A stretch of 63,229 nucleotides of DNA, counting the filler, from Octopus bimaculoides (taxonomy: Eukaryota): NCBI RefSeq assembly GCF_001194135.2. It is 7 parts of 6 records of this genome, joined end to end, with 100 filler letters (N's around TTAATTAATTAA, not from the genome) between each part and the next. Parts side by side here need not be neighbours in the genome. Positions count along the whole stretch, not along the records: positions 35,226 to 53,156 come from NC_068982.1; 6 more parts are not named here. The stretch is one strand, 5' to 3'. This document shows, piece by piece, positions 39,464 to 50,954 of the stretch; position 1 is the stretch's first letter, and each line of letters begins with the position of its first letter. A model generated the notes under the pieces. The model made no database searches, was not told where the DNA came from, and saw only the letters and a list, made by a program, of their open reading frames with translations. The position numbers and the translations under genes were made by a program.

Positions 39464-41101
39464 CTCAATTTTTTTACTAATATTAATGAGCGAGATGTAT
39501 GCAGATGTATGCAGTTTGGTCGTCCTTTATATACGGCCACCAGGCTCAACGAACCAACTTTACTGTTGCACGAGCCATAGCTGTCGTCCGGATCTTGAAA
39601 GATCGTCCGCACTTTGAAATCTAAGCCTTTCCTAAATAACCTAATTATCCCCACACGATTTGGTCAACCGAATGAGACATACACCTTATAGTCAGCCAGG
39701 AGAAGCGCCAACAGCTGTGTATCTGGAACCCTAGACTCGTTGTTGATTACTAATTTCAAATTAAGTTATCTGCAATTGTTTCAAGATGGCAAATCGTACC
39801 ATTGCTGCAGTCCAAAGTAAAGACGAAAAAAAAAAAAAAAAGAAAGAAAAATGAAACGTTAAGCTAGTTGTACTTATTTGTGCAGAACATTTTCTTTTGG
39901 TATCCAAAACGAGTCGAATTGTGTCGCAAATTTAATTCAATGACGAAATTTGACACATACAGTTTTTCTTGTTTTTCTTGTTTTTCTTGTTTTTTTTCTT
40001 TTTCTGTAGGCAGTAGATACATGCTTCGCGGATTCGTGGAGGAATACTTTTATTTCCAGCCTGACATGGGCAAGACGTGTATTCTTTAGTTTCTTTTCTT
40101 AACTGTGAGCAGAATGTCCTCAAGTAGTTGCTTGTACTACACGTGTGACATCAGAGCTTCCTACCCTCTACCATAACGTGTAGTTAGATCCAGTCGCTCC
40201 CTGTGACCATCAGCGTTAGCAAAATGTGTTCTGCTGTTGCTGTTGTTGTTGTTGTTGCTGCTGCTGCTGCTGCTGTTGTTGTTGTTGTTGTTATTGCTGC
40301 TGCTGCTGCTGTTTTCGTTGCTGCTTGTACTGTTTTATTTCAATTTGACATTTTCAACAATATTTTTAGTATTTTAAAGGTATAGCTGTTCGTGTTAGCA
40401 TTTATGTTTCTGTCTGTTCAATTATCATAGAGTCTGTTTTGTTTTAGAAAAAACTTGGTGGGAAGTTGTGACATTTCTTTTTTTCTTTTCTTTTTTCCGT
40501 AAATCCAGGCTAATAACATTGTAACAAATGTCTACATCTGCACCCTGATGGCGTCATGTTAAACACAGAGGGAAAATGCAAATAACTCTTTACCAACAAA
40601 CAAACAGTTAAAGAAAGCAACGTCAAAGACAAGCATTTTTCCCATTCTGGAATGGAATACAGATTAAATAGATTGAATAGCCTTTCGCCGTTTAAATACT
40701 CCAAGTTAAAACCGAAAGTGTACTCGTAGTTGTTAAGAGAGGGAGAGAGAAAGACAGAGAAAGAGAGTATGACAAAGAGAAAGAGCGACAGAGAGAGAGA
40801 GAGACAGACAAAGACATAGAAGGAGAAAGTAAGAGGGGGAAATAGAGGGAGAAACAGAGAACGAGAGACACAGAGAGATAGGGAGATATTCAAGGTGTCG
40901 GAGGACGTCATTGTAAATGGTTGGCCCCCATTTACTTTAGAGATGTTAGTGAGTACAATCTGACTATAGTTAGCAGAGTCGGTAAGGTTGTCTTTCGTGG
41001 AGTTGAGACATACTTTTAATTGTTTCCAAGGATTACAATAGATCATTGTAGAAGGAGAGATTGGAGATTTTAGTGAGTATAGAGAGGCTAACTCTTGGTT
41101 G

Positions 41102-41138
<37 letters not shown>

Positions 41139-41842
41139 TTAGGGACAAAATCCAAAATTACAGGTAAAAAACTCAATTAAAATCAATTTATAAAAAATTA
41201 AAATTAAATTAAGCCTTATAGATAAAGTATATATAAAATATATATAGTTTTAGGGAAAATAACCAATTTTCAAGAACTCATCGATGAAAATCCACTATCA
41301 CATATAGAAAAATTAATAATTAAAAGCACAATAAATGAGTATAATATAAAGTAAAGTAAATATCATAAGATAAATATAATAAAAAGATTACACGTGTTTC
41401 ATAACCAATTTTCAAATNNNNNNNNNNNNNNNNNNNNNNNNNNNNNNNNNNNNNNNNNNNNNNNNNNNNNNNNNNNNNNNNNNNNNNNNNNNNNNNNNNN
41501 NNNNNNNNNNNNNNNNNNNNNNNNNNNNNNNNNNNNNNNNNNNNNNNNNNNNNNNNNNNNNNNNNNNNNNNNNNNNNNTATCGAAAATAAGTTCTATTCA
41601 AAAATATAGCTACTCGTCAGATCGTAAGTAGAACAATAATTAGATATATATCTCAACCAACAATAAGTACCAAATGAATTAATATGAAATACTTATTATA
41701 TAAAGATAGAAAAATTATTAAAAAAATATCATAATATCAAAATAATAACCATTCAATAATCATCCCTTCATCCATAATAATAACATGTATATTATATACA
41801 AAAAACATCTTACCTAAATTATCATTGTTTTAAATTATCATT

Positions 41843-41884
41843 GTTTCAGCCAAGTGGCTGCGGTCATGCTGGTGCACCACCGTT
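41843..41884 (-). mobile_element. SINE A 3' fragment
   Basis: TGTTTCAGCCAAGTGGCTGCGGTCATGCTGGTGCACCACC. Confidence 0.6.
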
Positions 41885-42235
41885 ATATATATATATATAT
41901 ATATATATAACGAGTGACGAGCGTGAATTTCCTGTGACGCCATATATATGCTTGTGAGAGAAATACAGAGTGTGTGGTGGAGGGTATTTACATTATAAGA
42001 ATTATTTATGTATTTGTTTATTTAGAAAGTTCAAGAGATATGAAATTGTTTTAAGGGTATAACTCGAAGTAGATAAAGCTATAAATAATAACGTGTAGAA
42101 TATAGAATTTTTTTTTTTAATCATGGATAGACAAAAGTCGAAGGCTGCCTGTAACTTTTTCATTCAAGGGTTTTCGAAACCCAGTATTCTACACGTTATT
42201 ATTCATAGCTTTATCTACTAATGATTTCTATTCTT

Positions 42236-42730
42236 TGCCGCAGGAGCATCAGATGAGGTGGGGATATTACAATGACAGCTTTGCAGAATATATGATGAGC
42301 AGGAAAAAACAATAAATCGTATTGTCTCTGGTTGCGCAGTTCTGGTTAAGAAGGTATATTTCTGCAGACATGACAGAGTTGGGACCTATACACATTGGAA
42401 GTTATGCCAGCACTATGACTGACAAGAGGAAAATGATGGTATAGGCATATCTCAAAAAAGGTCTCAGAAAATGACAAAGCGACCATACTCTGGGATATGC
42501 CAATCAATACATATAGAGAGATCAAGGCTAATCACTGGATAGAGTTGTCAGATCATCAACAACAAAAAATGCCATATAATTGACGTATCTCTAAAAGAAA
42601 CGGAGGAATTCTCAAAATACAAAGATCTGGAAATAGAAATAACCCGAATGTGGAGCCTAAAAACAGAAACAATCCCTATAATAACAGGTGCATTAGATAC
42701 GATTAAAAAACATACAGACAGATACATAAC
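42236..42730 (+). mobile_element. R4/Dong-like non-LTR retrotransposon, decayed zinc-knuckle/RLE region (lineage 2)
   Basis: From 42282: CRIYDEQEKTINRIVSGC...RHDRVGTYTHWKLCQHY; then TILWDMPINT.REIKAN and KYKDLEIEITRMWSLKTETIPIITGAL. Confidence 0.8.
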
Positions 42731-43263
42731 CAGTGGAGGAGGAGGAGGAGNNNNNNNNNNNNNNNNNNNNNNNNNNNNNNNNNNNNNNNNNNNNNNNNNN
42801 NNNNNNNNNNNNNNNNNNNNNNNNNNNNNNNNNNNNNNNNNNNNNNNNNNNNNNNNNNNNNNNNNNNNNNNNNNNNNNNNNNNNNNNNNNNNNNNNNNNN
42901 NNNNNNNNNNNNNNNNNNNNNNNNNNNNNNNNNNNNNNNNNNNNNNNNNNNNNNNNNNNNNNNNNNNNNNNNNNNNNNNNNNNNNNNNNNNNNNNNNNNN
43001 NNNNNNNNNNNNNNNNNNNNNNNNNNNNNNNNNNNNNNNNNNNNNNNNNNNNNNNNNNNNNNNNNNNNNNNNNNNNNNNNNNNNNNNNNNNNNNNNNNNN
43101 NNNNNNNNNNNNNNNNNNNNNNNNNNNNNNNNNNNNNNNNNNNNNNNNNNNNNNNNNNNNNNNNNNNNNNNNNNNNNNNNNNNNNNNNNNNNNNNNNNNN
43201 NNNNNNNNNNNNNNNNNNNNNNNNNNNNNNNNNNNNNNNNNNNNNNNNNNNNNNNNNNNNNNN

Positions 43264-43393
43264 GGTACTTATTTTATCGAAACCGAAAGGATGAAAGACA
43301 AAGTCAACCTCGGCGGAATTTAAACTCAGGACGTGTCGGCAGACGAAATACCGCTAAGCATTCGTGCTAACGATTCTGCGAGCTCGCCGCCTT
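43264..43393 (-). mobile_element. SINE B 5' half
   Basis: Reverse complement of family B head. Confidence 0.78.
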
Positions 43394-43405
43394 AAAATGA
43401 TGATG

Positions 43406-43470
<65 letters not shown>

Positions 43471-43472
<2 letters not shown>

Positions 43473-44840
43473 AAAAAGGCAAAGTAGTGTCGTCCTTTGG
43501 TGTAGAACTATCCAACGGCGAGAAAATCACGGATATTGAGGCTAATGGATATAAGTATCTGGGGATTTTGGAATACGACAAAATCAAGGAAAATGAAATA
43601 AAGGAGAGCTTTCGGCGAGAATATCTCAGAAGATCCAAATTAATTATGGGAATAAGCTGAATAGGAAAGCAAGATCAGGGCAATGAACACATGTGCTGTT
43701 TTCCTCAATGCGATATGGTGCAGGTGTTGTTAGGTGGACAAAAGAACGAACTTGAGGAAATGGACAGGAAAACCAGATAAGTACCTAGGAACAGTGGGGG
43801 AACAGGTCTCATAGGATGCAAGATCTGAGTTGTCAACGAGAATAACAGTCTGGGATGGTACATCAAACAACAGATGCTTGTTGTTGTTAGAATTAACAAT
43901 ACAATACTTACAGAAAGCATTTAAATAACAAGATGAAGAAAAAGTAAACAATTGGAAAATGAAATCGCTGCGTGGGCAATACCTCAGAGAGAAATCGAAA
44001 GAAAAGACAAGATTAACACTTGGAGATGGCTAAGAAAAAGTGATCTGAAAGGATGCACTGAGGCATTGATATGTAGCGCTCAGGAACAAGCTCTGAGAAA
44101 TAATTGCACCAAGTTCCAAATAGATAAGAGTAGCGAATCGCCCCTTTGTAGGATGTGTGGCAGCAAAATTGAAACAATCTCACACATTGTGAGTGAGTGT
44201 AGCAAGCTGACCAAAAAGCACTACAAAAGGAGGCACGATAACATGGCTAAGTTCGTCCACTGGAGGCTATGTGAAAAGTACGGCCTAGACAGAGCACGGA
44301 AATGGTACGAACATGAAAGAGAAGGAGTCACCGAGAACAAGGAGTATAAGGTACTGTGGGATTTTACAATCCAATGTAATCGATGCTCGGAGACCAGATA
44401 TTGTTGTGGTCGATAAAGTAAAAAAAGAAACCAAGATATTGTAATACCTGGGGGTGCACGCATAAGTGACAAAGAACTAGAAAAAGATTGAAAAGTACAG
44501 ACTACTAAAAGATGAAATTGCAAGAATGTGGACTATGAGGAGATGTCTGTCATCCCAGGAGTTGTGGGGGCACTCAGAGCACTAATGATCAAGTTCGAGT
44601 AATATGTCAGAGAAATCTGAATTGACATGAGAGCAAAGCAAGCCCAAAAACTGCTCTGCTGTGGATAGCTAGGATTTTGAGATTGGTACTTGGATGTTGA
44701 ATGTCTCCTACGATAATAACAACCAAGTATCAAAGCTTATGATGTACGGAAAGAGACCCTGTGAGACCTCTGACAGCAGGCTGCTGTCTGTTCTCACAGA
44801 ATCTACTAGTGTAAAGAAGGCCGAGCGCTCTTAGAAGTAA
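43471..44840 (+). mobile_element. 5'-truncated R4/Dong-like retrotransposon (thumb, zinc knuckle, RLE, 3' UTR) starting right after (TAA)n
   Basis: GYKYLGILE, WRWLRKSDLKGCTEALICSAQEQALR, CRMCGSKIETISHIVSEC..RRHDN, VLWDFTIQC, ARRPDIVVVDK, AQKTALLWIARILRLVL*; multiple frameshifts. Confidence 0.9.
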
Positions 44841-44908
44841 AACAACAACGACAACACCAACACCATAATACTACCACCAGCACCAGCAGCAGCAGCACCA
44901 CTACCACC

Positions 44909-44940
<32 letters not shown>

Positions 44941-44954
44941 CACTAATAATAATA

Positions 44955-45454
44955 GCCCTGATACAGTATCAGGCAGTGGCTTTCATGGCTTTTGATCTTC
45001 ATGTACATTGTTTTGTCTTGGTATAAAAGATGGGCTACTGCAAATATTCTGCTCAATTCTACAGGTTTGTTTGTCAGTTGCTTGACCTTAACCAGTTGAG
45101 CATGTCCCTTAATAGCTGATATTTGCATCTCTGATCACGAACAGAAGTAGTGGGGGAGCATCATAGCCATATGTTGAGAAGAATTCTTGGGGGTTTGAAT
45201 TATTCATCTCCGGAAATATGGGTGTTTTGTTCATCATTCTTAAACAAACCTTATTCAGGGACCTTTTGAGCAGGATGGGCTACTCAACCTGAAGAAAATT
45301 CTAACTGAGCCCCACCTGCAAGGTCATACACTGTTTATCTTGATATAAGATCATGATGTCGCGTACTTATCAGACTGGTAGTCATGATGGGTATATTGGT
45401 CTTCATATATTTATCACCAGTTTCACTTTCATTGCATGCACTGCTCTCTCATTC
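44955..45454 (+). mobile_element. Non-coding repeat family E, longer copy flanked by (TAA)n
   Basis: Homologous to 29139-29407 with the same 3' end; TAA repeats on both sides. Confidence 0.8.
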
Positions 45455-45488
<34 letters not shown>

Positions 45489-45491
45489 GTA

Positions 45492-45537
<46 letters not shown>

Positions 45538-45679
45538 GAGCACTTAGAGAGTGCAAACCTCCGCCAAGGCAGTACGAACGTCCTCTCAACGATTAGCCAG
45601 AGATGATTTTTTAAATGAGAATATCTGAAATAAACCCGACCGCTCTCAAAAATTCTCTGTAAGAATTTTACTATTCTTT

Positions 45680-46375
45680 TCTTTCCGTTCCTCTCCCCTT
45701 AAGTATTCGAAAATGTAAACATCCTTTTTATTGCAAAAACACTACAGACATCTCTGAATGGACATACAAACGAACATCTCTCAAAACAATTTAGAAACTT
45801 TAATATCTCCAATTTTGTGTGAACATTTTATCTTTCCTTTTTCCCTGGCTACCCGAATATGTAAACATGCATTTTATTGTAACAACACAATTAAATGCTC
45901 GAACCCCACCCCCTCANNNNNNNNNNNNNNNNNNNNNNNNNNNNNNNNNNNNNNNNNNNNNNNNNNNNNNNNNNNNNNNNNNNNNNNNNNNNNNNNNNNN
46001 NNNNNNNNNNNNNNNNNNNNNNNNNNNNNNNNNNNNNNNNNNNNNNNNNNNNNNNNNNNNNNNNNNNNNNNNNNNNNNNNNNNNNNNNNNNNNNNNNNNN
46101 NNNNNNNNNNNNNNNNNNNNNNNNNNNNNNNNNNNNNNNNNNNNNNTACAACTTCTGTGAATACCTATCCTTTCCTTTCTCCCTGAGTATTCGAAAATGT
46201 AAACATCCCTTTCATTGCAAAAACACTACTGTATTCTCTAACTGGATAGACAAACCAACATCTCAAGAAAACTTAAAAACTTTAATATATTAAATTTTGT
46301 ATGAAACTTATCCCTGACTACCCAAATATGTTAACATAACTTTTATTACAACAACATAATTGAATTCAGAAACTA
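45680..46375. repeat. Diverged satellite-like tandem repeat (two alternating subunits, approx. 130-150 bp spacing) spanning a gap
   Basis: TCCC..AGTATTCGAAAATGTAAACATCC at about 45693 and 46180; TCCCTG.CTACCC.AATATGT.AACAT at about 45842 and 46311. Confidence 0.7.
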
Positions 46376-46934
46376 AAAAAAAAAAAAAAATTCAACGACG
46401 TGAATATCAGTATATACATATATATTATTGCTTTCTCTACCAGTAATTACAAATAGAACAGGTTGAATTGCTTCTTCTCAAGGGCGAGGTCAGCGCTCCT
46501 AGTGGTCGCTGGTGGTAGTAAACACATTTGACTTCTGCTGACCCAAAGGGTGCGAAGATTCTTTTGTCTCTATGGTTGACCAACTGCTGAATCTATTTAT
46601 AGACCTGTAGAATTTTATTTATTCCCCAAGCTGCTACACCCCCCACCAACTATTTCTTTCAACAACCACATATTTATGATTATCTCAGGTACAAGACAAA
46701 AGTTGAAAATAAATAACATTTAACAAAACCTTTTAATAATAAAAGGAAATCGTAATAATGATAATAATAGTGGTAGTGGTGGTGATGGTAATAAGGATAA
46801 AAATAAAAATAATGATACGCTGCAGCTGCTAATACTACAAATACTACAACTACTACTATTGGGATAGCACAGGAATCTGAGGCCCAAACAATAATACCAG
46901 TGATATCAGTGATGATAATAATAATAATAATAAT

Positions 46935-49840
46935 GAAAGGAGCGGGTGAAATCTCCCGGAGTCTCCCCGTGTCCTGATTAATGATACAACTAGTGATGGT
47001 GTCACAATAAAAACACTGGTAATTGCGCAACCTGATAATTGCTACCTCGTATGAGTGACAATGAATAAGCAAAATATTGTGAATAATGGTGGTAATGAAA
47101 TTGAAGCCATTGATGGTGACAGTGTTGCACCCGGCAGGCTCAGAGATTCTGGTCCGGCTCCAGCCTGTCGATATCCAGAAAGGGACCACCACACACGGTG
47201 TAGATGGAGCAAGCAAATTAATGCTGTGGTCATAGAGTGTTACTATCTGAGCAACCAGGTAGATGAAAATGGTGCTCAAATTAGGGGTTACCGACAACGT
47301 ATGTATGATCATTGGAGAGAAAAGGGATTGTTTCAACTCACGGAACAGAGACTATGTGATCAAGCTAGAGCAATAAGAAAAAATCGTTGGCTCATAGAAG
47401 CAGAGCTCGAAGCTATCAAAAGACGGTCTTGGAAAATAGCAGCAGAGATAACGATGAAAATACAGTTCTTACTAATAATAGTAATCTCATAGCACAGGAA
47501 AAGAACAGTGGTAGTTTGCTTGATGAGAGACATATAGATGATCTAAAAGAAGACAATAAAACTAATGATGACATGACAGATGAACAAAAGGCAATCTACG
47601 ACAGAATGAAGGCAAGACTACAGGAGAACGATAGTGACATTATTTGCAACTTTAAAAAGGTTGATCAGTGGAAATTGAACCGAGAAACGAAAAATGTCAA
47701 TGATATTCTGAAATACATCAGAATAAACAACATCACAGAAACAAATAATTTGATCAAGGCAGCAAGTATTGTTGTAGCAGAAAACGTGGGTGTTGATGTC
47801 AAGAAAAAGAAATACAATGGGAGTGACAAAAGAAAAGACCCATGGTGGAAAAGAAGAATACAGGCAGGGTTGGATATAGTCTCGAAGGAAATTTCTATAT
47901 TAGACCGAAAAGGGAAAGGGGAGCTTAAAAGCGAACAAGAATACAGGGCGCTGAAAAGGAAGTATAATATTGAAAGAAAGGGCCTGAAAGTGGTAATAGA
48001 GGAAGTGAAACAGCGCCTCGTTGCAAAGAAAGCAAAGATGGTAGGATACGACCAAAGAATGAAGGGTTACCACCGTTATAGTCTATTCAAAGAAGATCAG
48101 AAGAGATTCTATAAAGAAATAAATGGAGAGTGTACAGATGAAAAGTTGATAGCAGATAACAATGAAAGTCAAAGGTTTTGGAGTGACATTTGGAGCAAAG
48201 ACAAGGAGCACAAGAAGGATGCTGAACGGTTGCAAGAACTGAAACAAACAGTAATCTGTCCAAAACAGGCAGAACTAGTAATTTCAGTTAGGGAAGTGAA
48301 GGAAATTAGCAAACAAATGAGCAACTGGAAGGCCCTGGGACCAGATGGAGTTCAAGGCTACTGGATCAAAATATTTGGTGAATGTCATGTACGAATAGCT
48401 GCGCAACTTAACACCTTGTTAAATGCCGACCAAGTTATACCAGAGTGGTGGACATTGGGTAGGACAGTGCTGTGCTTGAAAAACACCGAAAAGGGCAATA
48501 GGGTAGACAATTACAGACCGATATCCTGCTTGCCACTTATGTGGAAATTATTGACTGGAATACTCGCAGAGTCAATGCACGAACATCTGGAAAAAAATGG
48601 AGTCCTGCCACATGAGCAGAAAGGTTGCAAGCGTAAGTGCAGAGGTACCAAGGATTAACTCCTGATAGACAAAACTGTACTTAGAGACTGCAAGAGGAGG
48701 AAAAGTAACTTAGCCATGTCATGGATCGACTATCGTAAGGCGTTCGATATGATCCCACATTCTTGGATTATGGAATGTATGAATCTATTTGGTATTGCAT
48801 CGAATGTTAAGCGATAGCTTGGAAAAAGTATGGCGAATTAGAGGACAGACCTTACAGCATACGAAAGAAGTTTAAGGACAGTAGAAATCAGGAGGGGTAT
48901 CTTCCAAGGGGACTGCCTGTCTCCATTGATCTTTGTGCTGTGCTTGATACCACAAAGACTGATACTGAGGAAAGCAAAAGATGGGTATGCATTCAAAAGC
49001 CGCCAACAAAAAGTCAACCATTTGTTATTCATGGATGATCTCAAACTTTATGGTAAAGATGAAGCCCAAGTCAGTTTCTTCGTTGATATGGTGTATAATT
49101 TCAGTGCTGATATCAGAATGGAGTTCAGACTGAAAAAGTGTGGTGTATTAGTCCATACAGGTAAAATCAAATGATGGACGGGCTATCGATACCGTCGGGG
49201 GAGGTTATGAAGCAGATAGAAGGGACGGGCTATAAGTACTTGGGGATTTGGGAAATGGACAAATTGTTGGAGAAAGAAATGACAGAAAAATTTAAGGTGG
49301 AATACTTACGCAGACTGAGACTGATCCTTAAGTCGAAATTAAACGAATGGAATAGGATTGAAGCTATAACACCTGGGCGGTTTCACTCCTTAGATATGGA
49401 GCAGGGGTAATCGCATGGACAGTAGACGAACTAAACAGCACAGAAAGACAAGGAAGTTGCTGACTAGATATGGGATACTCCACCCAAAAAGTGACACACT
49501 GACTGTATGTACCAAGAAAAAGAGTGGGGAGAGGACTGATTGAATGTGAACACAGCATTAGAGCAGAAGAAAACAACATAGCATGGTATGTAAAAAATGC
49601 CACAGAACCGCTAATATTAGAAGTAAGGTCAGGCTTGTGTAGGATGAAAGATTGCAAAGATAAAGCACTATACAAGCAACTGAAAACGATTGAAACTGAA
49701 AATAGATGGGTAAAGAAAAGAATGCATGGACAATTTCATAGGGATGTTGAAGATAAAACAGACAGAGAAAAAAGATGGCTGTGGATGACTAAAAGTGATT
49801 TAAAACCGGAAACGGAAGCTTTAATCAGTGCTGCCCAAGG
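46935..49840 (+). mobile_element. R4/Dong-clade non-LTR retrotransposon, 5' end apparently intact, 3' truncated, pseudogenised RT
   Basis: N-terminal [17 protein letters not shown]...GYRQRM...[17 protein letters not shown]; RT motifs WKALGPDG, NYRPISCLP, WIDYRKAFD, GIFQGDCLSP, LLFMDDLKL, YKYLGI; in-frame stops at 48656 and two further sites plus frameshifts; begins right after (TAA)n. Confidence 0.92.
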
Positions 49841-50063
49841 TTGGCCCCTTTGAAATACAGGTACAACAGAAATAGGAAGAAAGAATGAGAGAAAGTCGTG
49901 GTGGAAGAGTACAGCAGGGTTCGCCACCATCCCCTGCCGGAGCCTCGTGGAGCTTTAGGTGTTTTCGCTCAATAAACACTCACAACGTCCGGTCTGGGAA
50001 TCGAAACCGCGATCCTATGACTGCGAGTCAGCTGCTCTAACCACTGGACCATTGCGCCTCCAC
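49841..50063 (-). mobile_element. SINE C 5' half abutting the truncated Dong element
   Basis: Reverse complement of about 9209-9430. Confidence 0.85.
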
Positions 50064-50314
50064 TGGCCGACCTAGATCAAGGAGATATTTGATCAAAGAT
50101 ATTTTAGCTGTGACTAATCAGTCGTTTTAGAAGATCCATGACATACATTATCAAATGTGTCCTTATTTTTTTAAGCCAATAGGGTATGATTTGAGGGAGC
50201 TGTGGCTGCTATCTCTTGCAGAATCGAGGGGGAACTGTCTCGTGATACCAGCCACAAAAATCTTTGGAAATTTTCAATTCAATTGATCAGTATATCATTA
50301 TAGACTAACATTTA

Positions 50315-50510
50315 AGTGATGAGCTGGCAGAATCGTTAGTGCGTCGGACAAAATGTACAGCAGCATTTATGTCGATTCTTACGATCGACGTTGACTTTCA
50401 TCCTTTCGGGAGGCAATAAAAAATGAATCAGCTGAACACTGGGGTCGATGTAATCGACTTACACCTCTCCCTTAACACTGCCGGCCTTGTGCCAAAATTA
50501 GAAATTATTA
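50315..50510 (+). mobile_element. SINE B, diverged
   Basis: GAGCTGGCAGAATCGTTAG...TGGGGTCGATGTAATCGACT. Confidence 0.75.
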
Positions 50511-50954
50511 GAGACAAAATATTGCAGGAGCGTCTATGTAGCCGCCTATTGGTGGGATTGGAAACTGAGGATGCTGATGCTGGTGATGATGAAGACGACT
50601 AATCTACTAATGTTCGTTATTTTTGTTGCTAATTCAACCGTTGTTGTCGTCGTTGTTGTTGTCGTCGTTGTTGTTGTTAAGTTTTGTTAGGGGGTTTGCA
50701 ATCTCATTGTCGTTAAGGTTCGGAGTATTTGTAGAATGCTGTGAGGAAGACAGTGCGTGAAATTGTTTAGAACATTCGAGCGCGCGATCTCACATACAAC
50801 ACATACATGCATGTATGCATACATACATACACACGCTCGCGCGCACGTTTGGGTGTTTGATATTTTTTATGCAACAGAAGCTTTAACTTCGAATGTATAG
50901 ATGCGTATACACACGTGTATATACATTACCTCACTCGCACATACGCCATATGTG

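Noticed and set aside
40510-41148. 212-aa minus-strand ORF
   Set aside because: Runs through (TA)n and GA-rich repeats; no domain signature.
46492-46512. CTCF-like site (CCACTAGGAGCGC on minus)
   Set aside because: One base short of the consensus core; single motif without support.
43471-49840. One complete Dong element reassembled from the two larger pieces
   Set aside because: Order is reversed and the overlapping thumb regions differ strongly in sequence, so they are separate lineages.
8170-50063. tRNA genes
   Set aside because: All A/B-box-like sequences are SINE heads or repeat-embedded and lack a complete cloverleaf.
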